From assembly GCA_026770705.1 (NCBI GenBank), contig JANJGN010001343.1, positions 62,001 to 126,000 of the forward strand: a stretch of DNA of 64,000 nt, in the 5' to 3' direction. This stretch comes from Isurus oxyrinchus (lineage: Eukaryota). A program made the position numbers and the translations under genes. Positions 59,620-64,000 of this stretch are shown here, one piece after another. The number at the start of each line of letters is the position of its first letter. Within the stretch, counting starts at the first letter, position 1. The notes beneath the pieces are model-generated. The model made no database searches, had not been told where the DNA came from, and was given only the letters and a program-made list of their open reading frames with translations.

Positions 59620-62600
59620 CCCAGATCTTGTGCTGGTTACCTTGTCTGGAGGTGTCTTTAACTGCTCACAGTGATCTGTGGGATTGTCACCCTTGGATGT
59701 TGTTCCTGATTTCATGTGGGATCTTCTCCTCGATGAAATAGGAGCGGGAATGGATCTGATTTATCCTCGGTTCCACCTCACCGCTGTGCCCTTGTGTGTT
59801 TGACTCCATAGGCCCTTGGTTCTGAACAAATCCTTGTCACCTCGGCTGGTGGTCATGAACCTTCTGTGGGATCCTGGATGTGAACTTGTCCCAACTGTAA
59901 ACTTGGCAACTCTGCACCTCCATTTTTATCATGAACATTCCTTATCTTCTCTTGTAGTTTTAAAAGTTGCCCTCTGGTTTCTGAGAGAGTAGAATGGGTA
60001 AGAGTAGCGAAATTGGTCACTACTGGCCCACCAAACATGTTCTCTGTCAGTGATGGAATAAGGTGAGGTGATGGTGTAGTGGTATTGTTGCTAGATGAGT
60101 AATTCAGACACCCAGGGTAATGTCCTGAGAATATGGGTTCAAATCCGACCATAATAGATGATGAAATTTGAATTTAATAAAAAGATGAAATTCAAAGTCT
60201 AGTGATGACCACAAAACCATTGTTGGAAATCCCACCTGGTTCACCAGTGCCATTTAGGGAACAAAATTGTCTGGCGGACATGTGACTCCAGACTCCACGT
60301 CAATGTGGTTGACTCTTACATTAGGGATGGGTAATAAATCCTGGCCTGACCAGTGACTCCCACATCCCATGAATGAATTTAACAAAGTTGCAGTTGTAGG
60401 TGTCGATCTCAGATGTAACATTGCAATGTGTGGATCTTGCTTGGTCTGTCTACATTTGAGAATTAGGGATTTCACTGTGTGAATCATTCATTCAGCTAGG
60501 CTGTTAGATCTGGGGTAATGAGGAGAAGAAGTAGTGTGATTGATATTCCAGATTATCTGTAATCATGTCCCTAGGCTCACCAAATAAACTGAAAATAGTG
60601 CTCAGAGTGTGTGCACCAGTTGTGCTCGGTGTGTTGTGCTATTTTTGAATAATGGGATATCTGGTAAAGCTGTCGACGATGACGATGAAGTCAGTGACAT
60701 GGACATGAAAGGATTCAGATGTGATTTTGGACTAAGAATAGGCAGGAATTTCCTGTGGAATCAATGTTTCTTTGTGTTGACTTGGCTCATCCTCTTGACA
60801 AGCCTCGTACTTCCCTACAACAACTTCAAGGTCATTGTTCATACCCGGCCAGGGACTGTATCTCTTGTGAGTCTCCTTGTGTGATCTGTGCCCATGTGTG
60901 AGGGATGAAGTTGTTGAAGAATATAGGATCACAAATGTGCCGGTATGATGCCCTGCCTGCCATTAAAAATGACTCCCTGGGAGATGCCTCGCTTATCTCG
61001 ATGAGGTCAAGTTGAATCAGGCCACCCTTTCAATGATATTTCCACAGTTCCTGCAGAATTTTTCACTGTTCCCTCTTGTAGCTGCTGGCATTTCTGTTGT
61101 GCTAAATGTACTGGATCAATTGACAGACTTGCATTCTCCTGCAGGTGTAATGTAGCAGCTCCCTTGAAACTGACAATACTGTTGAAACTTTCTGCATATT
61201 TCAATGTTATGTCCATGAACTGAGTTGATGGGGTAGTTTCTGCATTTGACCCATGTGAAGTCTGACAGATTCCATGCATTGTCACTAGTGTGAGGTCACT
61301 GCATGCCGGTAGACTTGCAATTGCTCAGCCTTTAGTCTCCACGATGTAGAACATCTGTGACACCCAGGAGGATTGATTGTATTTGCACCCCAGGACTATG
61401 GATTCTGCACATGGAGTTGAAGTGTTGTACACAGCAGTAGGTTTCCCCATGGCCTCCCATGTCCTTGGATACATGTCTTTGAAAATTTGCTGGGGTGGGC
61501 TGTGGGAGGGGAATGTTGGCACTTGCCCCTGTGTCAATCTTGGTCAATAAAGGGGAGGTTGCAACTTTCTCAGGGCAGAAAATTGGAATCTTGGCCAATA
61601 GTGCAGGTGATGTGACAGCATCTGTTCTCCGTGAGATTGATGGTGTAAAAGGTTTGAAATTGTTCAACAATTGTACAATACGTTGAGCACAACTGTTGCA
61701 CAAACTCTAGGTTGGGGTTTTCCGGCACAGTCATGATGGGACCTGCCGTGGGAGATTGGACAAACATTGGCTTTCGGCTGGACCGGACAATCCTGGCAGT
61801 GGGTGGGGCCAGAAAATCCCACCCCTATGGGACATTTTCAGTTTATTTGATGTGCCCAGAGAGATCTTTAAAGACAACAATCCACAATTTATTGGCAAGC
61901 CACGCCAGGATATGTGTGAGAGGTGGAATATCGATCAGCGCTCCTCGTCTCACCGTGTACATCATCGCCATTTCCTGGTTTGTCAGTCACCACATGTATA
62001 TGTTCCTGATGGAATAGCGGATGGTCATTCTTATTGCTTGAAGGTTCCCCGTTGTGTAGGGTCTGTTTGGATCAGTGCACGGCTCTTTGTAGCTGCATGA
62101 GCCTTTGCTCTAGTGCCCTGCCGCTGTCAATGGCCCTTTCTGCCACAAGCCTTGCAGGATTGGTGGAAAGCTGGGCATTTCCTTGGTGCCTGCAGAAGGC
62201 CACACCTTCCACATGTCTCACTAGGTTTGGATGTTCTAGTCAGTGTGTCAACAATTGATGTTGTACTGAGGACCTGTAAGCTTCGTTGACCTGCGAGGAT
62301 CACTTCGTATTTATGTCGATCCTTGAGTAGCTCTTCAATGCTATAGGTTTTGGTCTTATCTAGCAGATCTCACCACGAGGGATCCGTTTGCTCCCCAGCT
62401 CTTTACTTGAGCTCTTTCCCGTCACTGTGTCTTCAAAGGTTTCCTGAGCAGTCAGTACACTGCGATTTCAACCCTCTCTGATGCTGTGTCTCTGTTATGG
62501 TCTGACCAAAGCGTTGAGGGTCGTCTCATGTCATGTAGCTCGATCTCAGGCTGTTCACCACGTCATACCTGTACTGAATCTTGCTGCCAGAATGTTTGGC

Positions 62601-62820
62601 CACCGCTGATCACCATGTTGTGTTTTTATAATGATATAAAGGCACCAGCCACTGATACGGAATTAGGTAAATACATTGTGGATTCATTTATTTAGAATAG
62701 TGACATGAGAACAGATACACAAGGATAGAAACTGGGAGACACCTGCAGCCAAACTGTGTGAGCTGTGTTCTGCTCACAGGCCAAAGTGAAACTTGGACTG
62801 GATGGTGTTATCATCCCAGC
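59620..62820 (-). mobile_element. Third copy of the Gypsy remnant with nested SINE (about 60065-60382)
   Basis: Near-identical to 8300-11490. Confidence 0.8.
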
Positions 62821-64000
62821 TGATGTTACTACTGGGCAAGTCAGATCCCAGGGTGGAGCTCAGCTTGATAGGTCCTAACTTTTATTTTTTATTTTGGAAT
62901 GTGGAGTGCGGCTACTGAACAGAGTCACAGGAGTCATCTGATGAACGTCTAACAAAAGAATAAAACATTTATTAAACTAGGAAAGACAAACTATATGACA
63001 TTACTCCTTCACCCAGACCTATACCTTTACAGATACATAAGTAGAACACAAATTACGATAACTATCTTATATTCTCATGTTCACACTAAGTACACAGTCC
63101 GTGTAAACCAATAGACGACCTGTGGTCAGGGACACAACATTCTGAAAGCAAGTGGCAGAGCCCACTTGAAACAACTTCTATGTCTCATCTGTCCCCAGAC
63201 GCTTGTTACACTGTGAGCCAACCAGTCTCACTGAAAAGCTTCTTTCATATGAGAGTTTCCAATCTCCACTCTCCAAGAACTCTCTTTGGAATCTCCTCCA
63301 ACATGACACTTTCACTCAGACACCTTCCACAAGGGTCCACTTTCACTATTTCAAACTCTCCTTCCCATGTTCCTGCCCCCTGGATCGCCACGTGCATTCA
63401 GCCTTCCTTCCACGCCCTGTCTCTCCAAAGCTCAGCCGTGTCAATGGAACACCATGGCTTCACATGGCCGTAGTAATGAGTCACCAACCTGTGGTGTCTC
63501 CCAGGATCTTCTGGCTTCTCGCAAGCCTATTTTGCTTTAGGCCTGTGTCCTGCTGCTTTCTCCCTTTATGCTTGAAGCCTTCTTCTGCTCCTCACTCTTA
63601 ACTTCACTTTACAGGGCCTTTTCCAGATTTGACGAGAAGGTTTTCTTGGGCCCTTTCTCCTGTTCCACTCGATGGTTTTTGCTTCTTCTTTACTTTGGGA
63701 CTGACTATCTGGCCCGCTCCTTTGCTGCTTCTCCTGGCAACTCCTTTCAACAGAACTGAAAGTACTTTTCTCTTTTTCTCGGTCTCTGTGGGTCCTTCCC
63801 TCTGGATCACTGTTGCTAGGCAACAGCACAGTTTCTTACACCTTGTATTTGTTTTGACTTCCCTTCAACAGTCATAAAACCTCAAAGGAATGCTGGCTTC
63901 TTTTAAAGTCAAATTCTATCTTTTCAAAACACCTAAACACAAAAATACAAACTAAACTTGAACTTAAAGATAGACCTTATGCCTAACACACAAATAGACA

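Larger units (their letters stand above)
53980..64000 (+). repeat. Segmental duplicate of 1-12675
   Basis: Colinear near-identity (1<->53980, 7175<->58495, 12675<->64000). Lacks the extra ~2.1-kb promoter-leader cassette. Confidence 0.95.

Overview
Eukaryotic (vertebrate, very probably cartilaginous-fish) genomic DNA: rich in CR1/L2 LINE, SINE, Gypsy/LTR and minisatellite sequence, with GT-AG spliced genes on the + strand. The window holds part of a tandemly duplicated Siglec-like Ig-superfamily receptor cluster. Its repeat unit is about 54 kb: 1-12.7 kb recurs at 54.0-64.0 kb. I reconstructed exons by hand from splice sites and phases. Gene A is 5'UTR exon, leader (MIGKSYFLLSLLQ), Siglec V-set with the essential Arg, C2-set, a broken third Ig exon, then a TM exon with an intramembrane Arg and a short Tyr-free tail (activating type, about 281 aa). 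Gene B is 5'UTR exon, leader, two tandem V-set exons (first Arg>Met, second Arg intact), an N gap, a neutral TM exon, a juxtamembrane exon and three tandem alternative last exons carrying ITIM(+/-) plus ITSM (inhibitory type). Gene C is a fragment: an Ig remnant, a neutral TM exon and a distinct two-exon YxN-rich tail, possibly bridged in frame by a copy of the 5'UTR exon. A further promoter-leader cassette starts at about 58 kb. Together this looks like a modular paired activating/inhibitory Siglec system evolving by exon duplication, deletion and gene conversion. Most long ORFs in the supplied track are repeat artefacts. All gene models are inferred from sequence alone; there is no expression evidence.
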